A stretch of DNA of 64,000 nt from Pseudolabrys sp. GTDB taxonomy: Bacteria; Pseudomonadota; Alphaproteobacteria; Rhizobiales; Xanthobacteraceae. The number at the start of each line of letters is the position of its first letter. The stretch's first letter is position 1. The stretch lies in NCBI RefSeq assembly GCF_050185995.1, contig NZ_JBFWYW010000005.1, one strand, 5' to 3'. The notes below the pieces were generated by a model that was given only the letters and a program-made list of their open reading frames with translations, searched no databases and was not told where the DNA came from. Both the position numbers and the translations under genes were made by a program. Shown here one piece after another: positions 54,995 to 64,000 of the stretch.

Positions 54995-56362
54995 ATGGCC
55001 ACCAAGATCCTCATGCCAGCGCTGTCGCCCACCATGGAAAAGGGCAACGTCGCGCGCTGGCTGAAGAAGGAAGGCGACGCGGTCAAGTCCGGCGACGTGA
55101 TCGCCGAGATCGAGACCGACAAGGCAACGATGGAGTTCGAGGCCGTCGACGAGGGCGTGCTGGCGAAGATCGTCGTGCCGGAGGGCACCCAGGACGTTGC
55201 CGTCAATTCCGTGATCGCGGTTCTCGCCACTGACGGCGAGGACGTGAAGGCCGCCGCGGCGAGCGCGGGGTCCGCTTCCGCTGCGCCGAAGGCGGAAGCG
55301 CCCAAATCCGAAGCTCCGAAATCAGAACCGCCGAAGCCGCAGACTGCCGCGCCGGGGAAACCCGCTGCTACACAAGCAGCGCCCGCACCGATAAAGCCCG
55401 CCGCAGCGCCGGCACATGCAGCCTCAGGTGGCCGCGTGTTTGCCTCGCCGCTCGCGCGGCGGATTGCGAAGGATGCCGGGATCGACGTGTCGCGCGTGCA
55501 GGGCAGTGGCCCGCATGGCCGCGTCATCGCCCGCGACATCGAGGATGCGAAGTCCGGCAAGGGGCTGCGCGCCGCGCCGGCCGGCGCACCGGCGACTGGC
55601 GGAGCGTCGATTGCACCGGCGATGTCCGACAAGCAGGTGCTCGCGCTCTACGATCAGGATGCTTACGAACTGGTGCCGCATGCCGGCATGCGTCGCACCA
55701 TCGCGCAGCGGCTCACGGCTTCGACGCAAACCATCCCGCATTTCTACCTGACCATCGACTGCGACATCGGCAAGCTCCTGACCGCGCGCGAGGAGATCAA
55801 CGCCGTCGCGCCGAAGACACAAGACGGCAAGCCGGCCTACAAGCTCTCGGTCAACGATTTCGTCATCAAGGCGCTGGCGCTCGCGTTGCAGCGCATTCCG
55901 GACGCCAATGTGAGCTGGACCGACAGCGGCATGCTCCGCCACAAGCACTCCGACGTCAGCGTCGCGGTGGCGCTGCCGGGTGGCCTGATCACGCCGATCA
56001 TCCGCAAGGCGGAGACCAAATCGCTGTCCGCCATCTCCAACGAGATGAAGGACCTCGCCGCCCGCGCGCGCGCCGGCAAGCTGAAGCCCGCCGAATATCA
56101 GGGCGGCACCACCTCGGTGTCGAACCTTGGCATGTACGGCATCAAGGATTTCACCGCCGTCATCAACCCGCCGCAGGCGACCATTCTCGCGGCCGGTGTG
56201 GGCGAGGAGCGTCCTGTGGTGCGCAACGGCAAGATCGAGATTGCCCACATCATGAGCGTCACGATGTCCTGCGATCACCGGGCGGTCGACGGCGCCCTGG
56301 GCGCGGAGTTAATCGGCGCATTCAAACGGTTCATCGAGAATCCGGTGATGATGGTGGTATAA
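54995..56362 (+). CDS. pdhC: Pyruvate dehydrogenase E2 acetyltransferase
   Basis: Lipoyl ETDKA, E3-binding FASPLARR and catalytic CDHRAVDG. Confidence 0.96.
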   Translation: MATKILMPALSPTMEKGNVARWLKKEGDAVKSGDVIAEIETDKATMEFEAVDEGVLAKIVVPEGTQDVAVNSVIAVLATDGEDVKAAAASAGSASAAPKAEAPKSEAPKSEPPKPQTAAPGKPAATQAAPAPIKPAAAPAHAASGGRVFASPLARRIAKDAGIDVSRVQGSGPHGRVIARDIEDAKSGKGLRAAPAGAPATGGASIAPAMSDKQVLALYDQDAYELVPHAGMRRTIAQRLTASTQTIPHFYLTIDCDIGKLLTAREEINAVAPKTQDGKPAYKLSVNDFVIKALALALQRIPDANVSWTDSGMLRHKHSDVSVAVALPGGLITPIIRKAETKSLSAISNEMKDLAARARAGKLKPAEYQGGTTSVSNLGMYGIKDFTAVINPPQATILAAGVGEERPVVRNGKIEIAHIMSVTMSCDHRAVDGALGAELIGAFKRFIENPVMMVV

Positions 56363-56419
56363 GGTCCGCGACATCCGGTCCTGACATTCTGCGCCGCCGG
56401 CGCAAGGCGGAGACTTCAC

Positions 56420-57838
56420 TTGGCTGACACGTCCTTCGACATTCTCATCATCGGCTCCGGTCCCGGCGGCTATGTCACCGCGATCCGCGCCGCGCAGCTC
56501 GGCTTCAAAACCGCGATCGTCGAGCGCGATCATCTCGGCGGCATTTGCCTCAACTGGGGCTGCATCCCGACCAAAGCGCTCTTACGCTCGGCCGAGATCT
56601 ACCACTACATGCAGCACGCCAAGGATTACGGCCTCTCCGCCGAGAAGGTCGGCTTCGACGCCAAGGCGGTGGTGCAGCGCTCGCGCGGCGTCTCAAAGCG
56701 GCTGAACGACGGCGTCGGCTTCCTGATGAAGAAGAACAAGGTGCAGGTGATCTGGGGCGAGGCGGCCATCGACGCGCCCGGCAAGGTCACCGTGAAGGCC
56801 TCCAAGACCGAGGCGCCGAAGGGCACGCTCGGCCCGGGCCAGTATCAGGCCAAACACATCATCGTCGCCACCGGCGCACGGCCGCGCGTGCTGCCGGGCC
56901 TCGAGCCGGATAAGAAGCTGGTCTGGACCTATTTCGAGGCGATGGTGCCGCCGAGCATTCCGAAATCGCTGCTCGTGGTCGGCTCCGGCGCGATCGGCGT
57001 TGAGTTCGCCTCGTTCTTCCGTACCATGGGTGCGGAGGTGACCATCGTCGAGGTGTTGCCGCAGATTCTCCCGGTCGAGGACCACGACATCCAGACCTTC
57101 GCCCGCAAGAGCTTCGAGAAGCAGGGTATCAAGATTCATACCGGCGCCAAGGTGACCAAGCTCGACAAGAAAACGGACAGCGTCACCGCGACCATCGAGA
57201 TCGGCGGCAAGTCGGAACAGATCACCGTCGAGCGCGTTATCAGCGCCGTGGGCGTCGTCGGCAATATCGAGAACCTCGGTCTCGAGAAACTCGGTGTGAA
57301 GACGGAGCGTGGCTGCATCGTGATCGACGGCCTCGGCAAGACCAACGTGCCGGGCATCTACGCGATCGGCGACGTCGCTGGCCCGCCGATGCTCGCGCAC
57401 AAGGCCGAGCATGAGGGTGTGATCTGTGTCGAGGCCATCAAGGGCCTGCATCCGCACCCGATGAACAAGCAGATGATCCCCGGCTGCACCTATTGCCATC
57501 CGCAGATCGCCTCGGTCGGCCTCACCGAGCAGGCGGCCAAGGACAAGAAGCTCGACATCCGCGTCGGCCGCTTTCCCTTCGTCGGCAACGGCAAGGCGAT
57601 CGCGCTCGGCGAGGATCAGGGCCTTGTCAAAGTGATCTTCGACAAGAAGACCGGGCAGCTCCTCGGCGCGCACATGGTCGGTGCGGAAGTGACCGAGCTG
57701 ATCCAGGGCTATGTCGTGGCGATGAATCTCGAGACCACCGAGGAAGAGCTGATGCACACCGTATTCCCGCATCCGACTCTGTCGGAAATGATGAAGGAAG
57801 CGGTGCTGGACGCTTACGGCCGCGCGGTCAATATGTAA
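56420..57838 (+). CDS. lpdA: Dihydrolipoamide dehydrogenase
   Basis: GSGPGGY, GGICLNWGCIPTK, GSGAIGVE and HPTLSE; TTG start. Confidence 0.96.
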   Translation: MADTSFDILIIGSGPGGYVTAIRAAQLGFKTAIVERDHLGGICLNWGCIPTKALLRSAEIYHYMQHAKDYGLSAEKVGFDAKAVVQRSRGVSKRLNDGVGFLMKKNKVQVIWGEAAIDAPGKVTVKASKTEAPKGTLGPGQYQAKHIIVATGARPRVLPGLEPDKKLVWTYFEAMVPPSIPKSLLVVGSGAIGVEFASFFRTMGAEVTIVEVLPQILPVEDHDIQTFARKSFEKQGIKIHTGAKVTKLDKKTDSVTATIEIGGKSEQITVERVISAVGVVGNIENLGLEKLGVKTERGCIVIDGLGKTNVPGIYAIGDVAGPPMLAHKAEHEGVICVEAIKGLHPHPMNKQMIPGCTYCHPQIASVGLTEQAAKDKKLDIRVGRFPFVGNGKAIALGEDQGLVKVIFDKKTGQLLGAHMVGAEVTELIQGYVVAMNLETTEEELMHTVFPHPTLSEMMKEAVLDAYGRAVNM

Positions 57839-57948
57839 TGCGGCATTCGCCGCGCGGGGACGGGCAATGCTCCGCGGCGGGCCTGATATGACGGGCCTTC
57901 ACGGCTGCCGCCTTGCGGGCGGGTCAAGGGAACCGTAAGTAGAGCTTC

Positions 57949-58899
57949 ATGGCCGTCGTTCTCGACCTCATCAACAACCCGCGCCCGCGCCACCCGGAAA
58001 AGGCGCATCGGCCGGATTCCGCCGTGCTGAAGAAGCCGGACTGGATCCGCGTCAAGGCGCCGGTGTCGCCGGGCTACAACGCGACGCGAGACATTGTGCG
58101 CGCCAACAAGCTCGTCACCGTCTGCGAAGAGGCCGGCTGCCCGAACATCGGCGAGTGCTGGGACAAGAAGCACGCCACCTTCATGATCATGGGCGACACC
58201 TGTACGCGCGCCTGTGCCTTCTGCAACGTCAAGACCGGCTTGCCGGCCGCGCTCGACGCCGACGAGCCGCGCCACGTCGCGGAAGCGACCGCGAAGCTCG
58301 GCCTGAAACACATCGTCGTCACCTCGGTCGATCGCGACGATCTCGCGGACGGCGGCGCGCAGCATTTCGCCGAGACGATCCGCGCCATTCGCGCGGCCTG
58401 TCCGACCACCACCATCGAAGTTCTGACGCCGGACTTCCTGCGCAAGGACGGCGCGCTCGAGATCGTCGTCGCGGCGCGGCCGGACGTGTTCAACCACAAT
58501 CTGGAAACCGTGCCGTCGCGCTATCTCACGGTGCGGCCCGGCGCGCGCTATTTCCATTCGCTGCGGCTGCTGCAGCGGGTCAAGGAGATCGACCCGCGCA
58601 TGTTCACCAAGTCCGGCATCATGGTGGGGCTCGGCGAGGAGCGCAACGAAGTGCTCCAGCTGATGGACGATCTGCGCTCGGCCAATGTCGACTTTCTCAC
58701 CATCGGCCAGTATCTGCAGCCGACCCGCAAGCATCACGAGGTGAAGAGCTTCGTCACGCCCGAGGAATTCAAGTCCTACGAGACGGTCGCCTACGCCAAG
58801 GGCTTCCTGATGGTATCCGCGTCGCCGCTGACGCGCTCCTCGCATCACGCCGGCGACGACTTCGCCAAGCTCAAGGCCGCGCGCGAAGCGCGGCGTTAA
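57949..58899 (+). CDS. lipA: Lipoyl synthase
   Basis: [28 protein letters not shown] and RSSHHA. Confidence 0.97.
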   Translation: MAVVLDLINNPRPRHPEKAHRPDSAVLKKPDWIRVKAPVSPGYNATRDIVRANKLVTVCEEAGCPNIGECWDKKHATFMIMGDTCTRACAFCNVKTGLPAALDADEPRHVAEATAKLGLKHIVVTSVDRDDLADGGAQHFAETIRAIRAACPTTTIEVLTPDFLRKDGALEIVVAARPDVFNHNLETVPSRYLTVRPGARYFHSLRLLQRVKEIDPRMFTKSGIMVGLGEERNEVLQLMDDLRSANVDFLTIGQYLQPTRKHHEVKSFVTPEEFKSYETVAYAKGFLMVSASPLTRSSHHAGDDFAKLKAAREARR

Positions 58900-58909
58900 T
58901 CCTCCACTT

Positions 58910-59365
58910 ATGCCGTCCTTCTCGACACGCCGCCGCGTCAAGCACGCCGCGACCGATATGTTCGATCTGGTCGCCGACGTCGAGACATACCCGGAGTTCG
59001 TGCCGCTCTGCTCGGCGCTGAAGGTGCGCAGCCGCACGCCCAAGGAGGACGGCGTCGAGGTTCTCGTCGCCGACATGACGGTCGCCTACAAGATGGTGCG
59101 CGAGACCTTCACCAGCCGCGTCACGCTCGATCGGCCGAACCTCACGATCCTTGTCGAATATCTCAACGGTCCGTTCAGCCGGCTGCAGAATCGCTGGACG
59201 TTCAGGCCGGCCGGCGAGGCCGCCTGCGACATCGAATTCTTTATCGACTACGAATTCAAGAGCCGCGTGCTCGCGATGCTGATGGGCGCGATGTTCGACA
59301 CCGCGTTCCGTAAGTTCGCCACCGCCTTCGAGCAGCGCGCCGATAAAATCCACGGAATCAGCTAG
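58910..59365 (+). CDS. ratA: RatA/PasT/Coq10-family START-domain protein
   Basis: FDLVADVETYPEFVPLC, GPFSRLQNRWTF and AFEQRA. Confidence 0.88.
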   Translation: MPSFSTRRRVKHAATDMFDLVADVETYPEFVPLCSALKVRSRTPKEDGVEVLVADMTVAYKMVRETFTSRVTLDRPNLTILVEYLNGPFSRLQNRWTFRPAGEAACDIEFFIDYEFKSRVLAMLMGAMFDTAFRKFATAFEQRADKIHGIS

Positions 59366-59886
59366 ACGGACTCGCGCGGCGGGTTGGCGGGCTCGGCTTC
59401 GGCCATGTCGTGAAGCATGCGGAAGGCCTGCAGCACCGACTGTTTTCGCACATCTGTACGGCCGATATCGCCATAGCGTTTTTCGGCATGGACGAGCCGG
59501 CCGGATCGCGACGCGGCGGCGAAATGCACCAGACCGACGGGCTTTTCCGCGCTGCCGCCGTCGGGACCCGCGATGCCCGTCACCGAAACCGCGAGATGAA
59601 CCCGCGAATGGCCGAGTACGCCCCGCGCCATGGCCTCCGCGGTTTCCCGACTTACCGCGCCATGCGCGCGCAGGATGTCGCGCGAGACACCGAGCATCTC
59701 GTGTTTGGCCTCGTTCGAATAGGTGACATAGCCCCGGTCGAGAATGCTGGAGACGCCCGGGATTTCCGTCAGCGTGCCGGCGACCAGGCCGGCCGTGCAG
59801 GATTCCGCCGTCGCGATCAGCAAGTTCTTCCGGCGGCAAATATCGAGCAGGTTTCTCGCCGCTGCGGTGATGTCGTGATCGATCAT
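59362..59886 (-). CDS. CinA C-terminal domain protein (PncC-like NMN deamidase)
   Basis: ATAESCTAG, YSNEAK, HGAVS and VTGIAGPDGG; start moved to ATG 59886. Confidence 0.9.
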   Translation of the reverse strand: MIDHDITAAARNLLDICRRKNLLIATAESCTAGLVAGTLTEIPGVSSILDRGYVTYSNEAKHEMLGVSRDILRAHGAVSRETAEAMARGVLGHSRVHLAVSVTGIAGPDGGSAEKPVGLVHFAAASRSGRLVHAEKRYGDIGRTDVRKQSVLQAFRMLHDMAEAEPANPPRESV

Positions 59887-61070
59887 GGCGCGCTCCCTGC
59901 GGCGCTCCACGGCAGCCTGATCGTCACCGTCGCATAGGCGATCATGCCCTCGCTGCGGCCAATGAAGCCCATCTTCTCGCTGGTGGTGGCCTTGATGCCG
60001 ACGCGCGAGACATCGATGCCGGCAAGTTTCGCGATCGTCGTCCGCATGGCGTCGCGATGCGGCCCGATGCGCGGCGCTTCGCAAACCACATTGACGTCGA
60101 TATGGGCAAGGATGCCGCCGCGCGCCTTCAGCCGCTCCATCGCGAAGGCGACAAAACGATCCGACGATGCGCCGCGCCATTGCGGATCGCTCGGCGGGAA
60201 GTGCACGCCGATGTCCCCGTCCGCCAGCGCGCCGAGAATGGCGTCGACGATGGCGTGCAGGATCACGTCGGCGTCGGAGTGGCCGGAGAGTGCGTGGCTG
60301 TGCGGGATGCGCACGCCGCCGAGCGTGACATGATCGCCTGGCGCAAAAGCGTGAACGTCGACGCCGGTGCCGATCCGCACGTCGCCGAGCGCGGACATCC
60401 GCATCGCCTCGGCGCGAACGAAATCGTCGTCATTGGTGATTTTCATGTTGGCGATGTCGCCTTCGAAAGTCGTGATGGCGTGGCCGGCCCATTCCATCAG
60501 GGCCGCGTCGTCGGAAAAATCGTCGCGCCCGGCGTCCGCCGCGCGGCGATGTGCAGCGAGCAGCGTGTCGAAGGCGAATGCCTGTGGCGTCTGCACCGTG
60601 CGCAGCGCGTCGCGGTCGCGCGTGCCGATGACCCGTCCGCCGGCGTCGACCTCCTTGACGGTGTCGTTGATCCTGAGCGAGGGGATCGCCGCGCCGGACC
60701 GGGCGCCGGCCTCGACCGCGCTTGCGATCAGCGCCGCCGAGGCGAACGGCCGCGCCGCATCGTGAATGAGAACGAGCGCAGGTTTGTCGTTCGCCAGGGC
60801 CGCGAGTCCGGCCCGGACCGAGGCCTGCCGCGTTGCGCCGCCATGCACCGGCGGCAGCAGCGGCAGATCCGCAGCGAGGGCGTCGAACAAGGCGCCATCG
60901 TCGCGGTGGATGACCGGCAAAACTGCGCCAATCTCAGGGTGACGTAGAAAGGCCTCAAGGCAGGTCCGCAAGGCCGGCTGCCCGGCGATCGGGCGGTATT
61001 GCTTGGGGACGCCGCCTCCGGCCCGGGTGCCCCGGCCGGCGGCGACGATGATGGCGGCAGTCTGCGGCAC
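59883..61070 (-). CDS. ispDF: Bifunctional IspD/IspF
   Basis: AAGRGTRAG, PKQY, LIHDAARPF and QTPQAF, followed by GVDVHAF, GHSDADV and KATTSEKMG; start moved to GTG 61070. Confidence 0.95.
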   Translation of the reverse strand: MPQTAAIIVAAGRGTRAGGGVPKQYRPIAGQPALRTCLEAFLRHPEIGAVLPVIHRDDGALFDALAADLPLLPPVHGGATRQASVRAGLAALANDKPALVLIHDAARPFASAALIASAVEAGARSGAAIPSLRINDTVKEVDAGGRVIGTRDRDALRTVQTPQAFAFDTLLAAHRRAADAGRDDFSDDAALMEWAGHAITTFEGDIANMKITNDDDFVRAEAMRMSALGDVRIGTGVDVHAFAPGDHVTLGGVRIPHSHALSGHSDADVILHAIVDAILGALADGDIGVHFPPSDPQWRGASSDRFVAFAMERLKARGGILAHIDVNVVCEAPRIGPHRDAMRTTIAKLAGIDVSRVGIKATTSEKMGFIGRSEGMIAYATVTIRLPWSAAGSAP

Positions 61071-61172
61071 GGCCTTGCTCCTCGTCGGCCCGATGTAGCG
61101 TGTTTTCGGGGCTTGCCGGTACGCTTTCTCCGCCGCATGGCTACTCTTCGAGTACTTTTTGCACCGCAGCAC

Positions 61173-61235
61173 TTGCGCTGAGATCGTTTTTGGCTAGGAT
61201 ATAGGCAATTGTAAAGCTCGCTTATTAATTGGGCA
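61173..61235 (+). promoter_or_regulatory. dusB-ntrBC promoter with two NtrC-like sites
   Basis: TTGCGC (61173-61178), 16 nt, TAGGAT (61195-61200). 17-bp sites TGGCTAGGATATAGGCA (61191-61207) and CGCTTATTAATTGGGCA (61219-61235) resemble TGC-N11-GCA. Confidence 0.6.
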
Positions 61236-61248
61236 ACATCGGGCAGCG

Positions 61249-62292
61249 ATGGAAGTCATTGGGCGATCACGAGAAATCGGGCGGAAACCGCTGTCGATTG
61301 GGGCAATCGAGATTCCCAATCGCGCGATCCTTGCCCCGATGACCGGCATTTCCGATGCGCCGTTCCGCCGCCAGGTGGCGCGGCTCGGAGCCGGCATGGT
61401 CGTGTCGGAAATGACCGCCAGCGCCTGCCTCGTTGAAGGCCGCACCCAGGCGCGCCGGCGCGCGGAAGGCCGCGGCGTCGCCATCAATGTCGTTCAGCTC
61501 GCCGGCTGCGAGCCGCATTGGATGGCGGAGGGCGCCCGCGTCGCGGAAGCCGAAGGCGCGAACATCGTCGATATCAACATGGGCTGCCCGGCGCGGCTGG
61601 TGACCAAAAAGGCGGCGGGCTCCGCTCTGATGCGCGATCTCGACCACGCCATGACGCTGGTCGAAGCGACGGTCGGCGCGGTCAGCGTGCCCGTCACGCT
61701 CAAGATGCGGCTCGGCTGGGACGTCGAGCAGATCAACGCGCCGGAGCTTGCGCGCCGCGCGGAGGCAGCCGGCGTCAAACTCGTCACCGTGCACGGTCGC
61801 ACCCGCTGCCAGTTCTATGACGGGCAGGCGGACTGGGCGGCGGTTCGCGCCGTCAAGGATGCCGTTTCGATCCCCGTCATCGTCAATGGCGACATTGCCT
61901 CGCTCGATGACGCGCGCGCGGCGCTGGCCGCCTCGGGTGCGGACGCGGTGATGATCGGCCGCGGCGCGCAGGGCAGGCCGTGGCTGCCCGGCCAGATCGG
62001 GCGCGCGCTCGATGGCCATGCGCATGAAGCCGAGCCGCCGGTCGCAGCGCAGCACGAATGGGTTGCCGAGCTCTACGACGAGATGTTGATGCATTACGGC
62101 GTATCCATTGGCCGCCGTCATGCGCGCAAGCATCTCGGCTGGTCGCTCGACACCGCGAGCGCGGCTGCGGGCCTTGATGACGACGCGCGCAAGTTGCTGC
62201 GCAACCACGTCCTGACGGCGGAGGAGCCGAGGGAGGTGGTGTCGCGGCTCGCCGAAGCCTTCGATACCTGCGCGGAGAAACTCGCGGCATGA
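61249..62292 (+). CDS. dusB: tRNA-dihydrouridine synthase B (NifR3)
   Basis: [35 protein letters not shown] and MIGRG. Confidence 0.95.
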   Translation: MEVIGRSREIGRKPLSIGAIEIPNRAILAPMTGISDAPFRRQVARLGAGMVVSEMTASACLVEGRTQARRRAEGRGVAINVVQLAGCEPHWMAEGARVAEAEGANIVDINMGCPARLVTKKAAGSALMRDLDHAMTLVEATVGAVSVPVTLKMRLGWDVEQINAPELARRAEAAGVKLVTVHGRTRCQFYDGQADWAAVRAVKDAVSIPVIVNGDIASLDDARAALAASGADAVMIGRGAQGRPWLPGQIGRALDGHAHEAEPPVAAQHEWVAELYDEMLMHYGVSIGRRHARKHLGWSLDTASAAAGLDDDARKLLRNHVLTAEEPREVVSRLAEAFDTCAEKLAA

Positions 62293-63428
62293 CGACGGCA
62301 TCGGCCATCGCAAGCATCGACACCGCTTCGGACGCGATGATGAACGCGCTGCCGCATCCGGTCATCATGGTGGCGGGCGACGGCAAGATCTCCGATGCCA
62401 ATGTCGCCGCCGAGCAGTTCTTCGAAGCGTCGATCCCGATGCTGCGCCGCCATCAGTTGCGCGAGCTGGTCCCGTTCGGCTCGCCGCTGTTGGCGCTCGT
62501 CGAGCAGGTGCGGCGCACCGGCACCACCGTCAATGAATACAAGGTCGATCTTGCGACGCCGCGCAATCCCGGCGAACGGCTGGTGGACCTGTATGTCGCG
62601 CCGCTGGCCGAGTTTCCCGGCCAGGTGATCGTCATGCTGCAGGAGCGCACCATCGCCGAGAAGATGGACCGCCAGCTCACGCATCGCAGCGCCGCGCGTT
62701 CGATCATCGCGCTTGCAGCCATGCTCGCGCACGAAATCAAGAATCCGCTGTCCGGCATCCGCGGCGCGGCGCAGCTGCTCGAGCAGTCCGCCGCCGACGA
62801 GGATCGCTCGCTGACGCGCCTCATCTGCGACGAGACCGACCGCATCGTGCGGCTGGTTGATCGCATGGAGGTGTTTGCCGACGAGCGCCCGGTCGAGCGC
62901 GAGCCGGTGAATATTCACGTCGTGCTCGACCGCGTGAAGAAGCTCGCGGAATCCGGCTTCGCGCGCCACATCACCTTCGTCGAGGAATACGACCCCTCGC
63001 TGCCGCCGGTCTACGGCAACCACGATCATCTCATTCAGGTATTCCTCAATCTCGTGAAGAACGCCGCCGAGGCGATCGGCGAAGGCGCAACCGACGGCGA
63101 AATCTGCCTGTCGACCGCATTTCGCTCCGGCGTTCGCCTCCAGGTGCCGGGCAGCAAGACCCGTGTGTCGCTGCCGCTCGAGGTCTGCGTCCGCGACAAC
63201 GGCCCCGGCGTTCCAGAAGATTTGATGCCGCATCTGTTCGATCCGTTCGTGACGACCAAGCCGTCTGGAAGCGGCCTCGGTCTGTCGTTGACCTCGAAGA
63301 TCATCAACGACCACGGCGGCATCATCGAATGTGAATCGCAGCCGAGGCGAACCACGTTCCGCGTTCTCATGCCGGTTTACAGCGACGATGGCGATCGCCC
63401 GGGCGATCCGCCGCCGTCCAGCAGTTGA
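62289..63428 (+). CDS. ntrB: Nitrogen regulation histidine kinase NtrB
   Basis: PAS domain, [36 protein letters not shown] and GSGLGL. Confidence 0.95.
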   Translation: MTTASAIASIDTASDAMMNALPHPVIMVAGDGKISDANVAAEQFFEASIPMLRRHQLRELVPFGSPLLALVEQVRRTGTTVNEYKVDLATPRNPGERLVDLYVAPLAEFPGQVIVMLQERTIAEKMDRQLTHRSAARSIIALAAMLAHEIKNPLSGIRGAAQLLEQSAADEDRSLTRLICDETDRIVRLVDRMEVFADERPVEREPVNIHVVLDRVKKLAESGFARHITFVEEYDPSLPPVYGNHDHLIQVFLNLVKNAAEAIGEGATDGEICLSTAFRSGVRLQVPGSKTRVSLPLEVCVRDNGPGVPEDLMPHLFDPFVTTKPSGSGLGLSLTSKIINDHGGIIECESQPRRTTFRVLMPVYSDDGDRPGDPPPSSS

Positions 63429-63436
63429 GGCTGCCG

Positions 63437-64000
63437 ATGCCGACAGGAAGCATTCTCGTTGCCGACGACGACTCCGCGATCCGGACCGTGCTGAACCAGG
63501 CGTTGTCGCGCGCGGGTTACGAGGTCCGCTCAACCGGAAACGCCGCGACGCTGTGGCGCTGGGTCAGCCAGGGCGAAGGCGACCTTGTGATTACCGACGT
63601 CGTGATGCCGGACGAAAACGCCTTTGACCTCGTGCCGCGCATCAAGAAGGCACGGCCCGATCTTCCGGTCATCATCATGAGCGCGCAGAACACCTTCATG
63701 ACCGCGATCCGCGCCTCCGAGCGCGGCGCCTATGAATACCTGCCCAAGCCCTTCGACCTGAAGGAATTGATCGCGATTGTCGGCCGTGCGTTGTCCGAAC
63801 CGCGGCAGCCGAAGGCTGCGAGCGCGCGCGCCGAGGAATTCGACAACATTCCGCTGGTGGGCCGTTCGCCGGCGATGCAGGAAATCTACCGTGTGCTGGC
63901 GCGACTGATGCAGACGGACCTGACGGTGATGATCACCGGCGAGTCCGGCACCGGCAAGGAACTGGTGGCGCGGGCGCTGCACGATTACGGCAAGCGCCGC
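63437..64000 (+). CDS. ntrC: Nitrogen regulation response regulator NtrC (3'-truncated by window edge)
   Basis: Receiver VADDD, TDVVMPD and YLPKPFD; start of the AAA+ domain [15 protein letters not shown]. Confidence 0.95.
   Translation, partial: MPTGSILVADDDSAIRTVLNQALSRAGYEVRSTGNAATLWRWVSQGEGDLVITDVVMPDENAFDLVPRIKKARPDLPVIIMSAQNTFMTAIRASERGAYEYLPKPFDLKELIAIVGRALSEPRQPKAASARAEEFDNIPLVGRSPAMQEIYRVLARLMQTDLTVMITGESGTGKELVARALHDYGKRR

Overview
GC-rich alphaproteobacterial chromosome segment (Hyphomicrobiales; the glnS insertion and long RpsB suggest the Xanthobacteraceae/Nitrobacteraceae neighbourhood, by inference). It is almost entirely conserved core genes: rnj-mce-DUF1467-proS-lolE-lolD-dnaE; the rpsB-tsf-pyrH-frr-uppS-cdsA-dxr-rseP-bamA-lpxD-fabZ-lpxA-lpxI-lpxB cluster; gltA/gltX/glnS/comEC; ppiD-trpEGDC-moaC-moeA-lexA; tpiA, secG, pyrG, kdsA, queF, eno, ftsB, pdhABC-lpdA-lipA-ratA, ispDF and dusB-ntrB-ntrC. 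I saw no rRNA, tRNA, CRISPR array, IS element or prophage. The interesting signal lies in intergenic DNA the ORF track misses. (1) An unannotated 32-aa hydrophobic ORF (6133-6231) has a strong SD and a sigma70 promoter overlapped by two perfect LexA boxes, directly upstream of dnaE; it is a candidate SidA-like SOS division inhibitor. (2) A self-contained antisense small-RNA unit lies between DUF1467 and proS (alpha-r9-like). (3) A stand-alone gene encodes a 73-aa secreted, two-Cys, Lys-tailed peptide. (4) A DsbA-fold/NhaA fusion sits between dnaE and rpsB. (5) A BamA surface loop has atypical codon usage. (6) A Cys-rich gene has a FixK/FNR-like box. Start codons were adjusted by eye, and all family assignments come from motif recognition, not database searches.
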